64,000 nucleotides of DNA from Bacteroidales bacterium. GTDB taxonomy: Bacteria; Bacteroidota; Bacteroidia; Bacteroidales; Marinilabiliaceae. The stretch is taken from assembly GCA_017539645.1 (NCBI GenBank), contig JAFYCM010000001.1:23342-87341 (forward strand). The letters run 5' to 3'. Shown here one piece after another: positions 63,966 through 64,000 of this stretch. Position numbers and translations under genes: made by a program. The notes under the pieces were generated by a model. That model made no database searches. It had not been told where the DNA came from and worked only from the letters and a program-made list of their open reading frames with translations. The first letter of the stretch is position 1. Each line of letters opens with the position of its first letter.

Positions 63966-64000
63966 ATCTTACTTATTACCTATGACACAAATACTTATAA

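Noticed and set aside
1-64000. Search for tRNA, rRNA, tmRNA, CRISPR, transposase or integrase genes
   Set aside because: None of the ORF-free gaps longer than 150 nt shows cloverleaf-like tRNA features, rRNA-like sequence, regular repeat-spacer structure or recombinase-like ORFs by eye. A tRNAscan or Infernal run would be needed to be certain.

Overview
The window is a 64-kb gene-dense chromosomal segment that looks like Bacteroidales (Bacteroidota). Supporting signs are TAnnTTTG-type -7 promoter boxes, lipoprotein signals of the ...SC/...GC type, propeller-type hybrid sensor kinases and an ExbB-ExbD-TonB cluster. I call about 50 CDS, mostly housekeeping: argS, prfA, rpsO, rnr, hrpB, queH, maf, rluB-like, yebC-like, a NIF3/Zn-ribbon pair, ROK kinase and umuDC. 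I found no rRNA, tRNA, CRISPR array, transposase or integrase by eye.

The parts I consider most worth follow-up are:

1. 26279-34368: a 1255-aa protein joins duplicated sensor modules and receiver domains to a PPDK_N-type ATP-grasp domain that lacks a swivel-His or PEP-utilizer domain. Next to it sit a receiver-less propeller histidine kinase and a SAM methyltransferase. The kinase's sensor half has a much lower GC content than its kinase core.
2. 5793-14334: a tightly overlapping six-gene minus-strand operon. Its AmgK-type sugar kinase is fused to a RapZ C-terminal-like domain, next to MurU, and the operon ends in a Pif1-like helicase with a TPR tail.
3. 20380-22576: a two-gene low-GC insertion, consisting of a polytopic membrane protein and a lipoprotein with a recent internal tandem duplication.
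4. 52451-52962: a 0.5-kb intergenic region containing a consensus promoter followed by two plus-strand intrinsic terminators, which is a candidate sRNA of about 200 nt.
5. A dispersed family of CGTAA-rich palindromic intergenic repeats.

All functional calls come from reading motifs in the supplied translations and my own translations. No database search was run.
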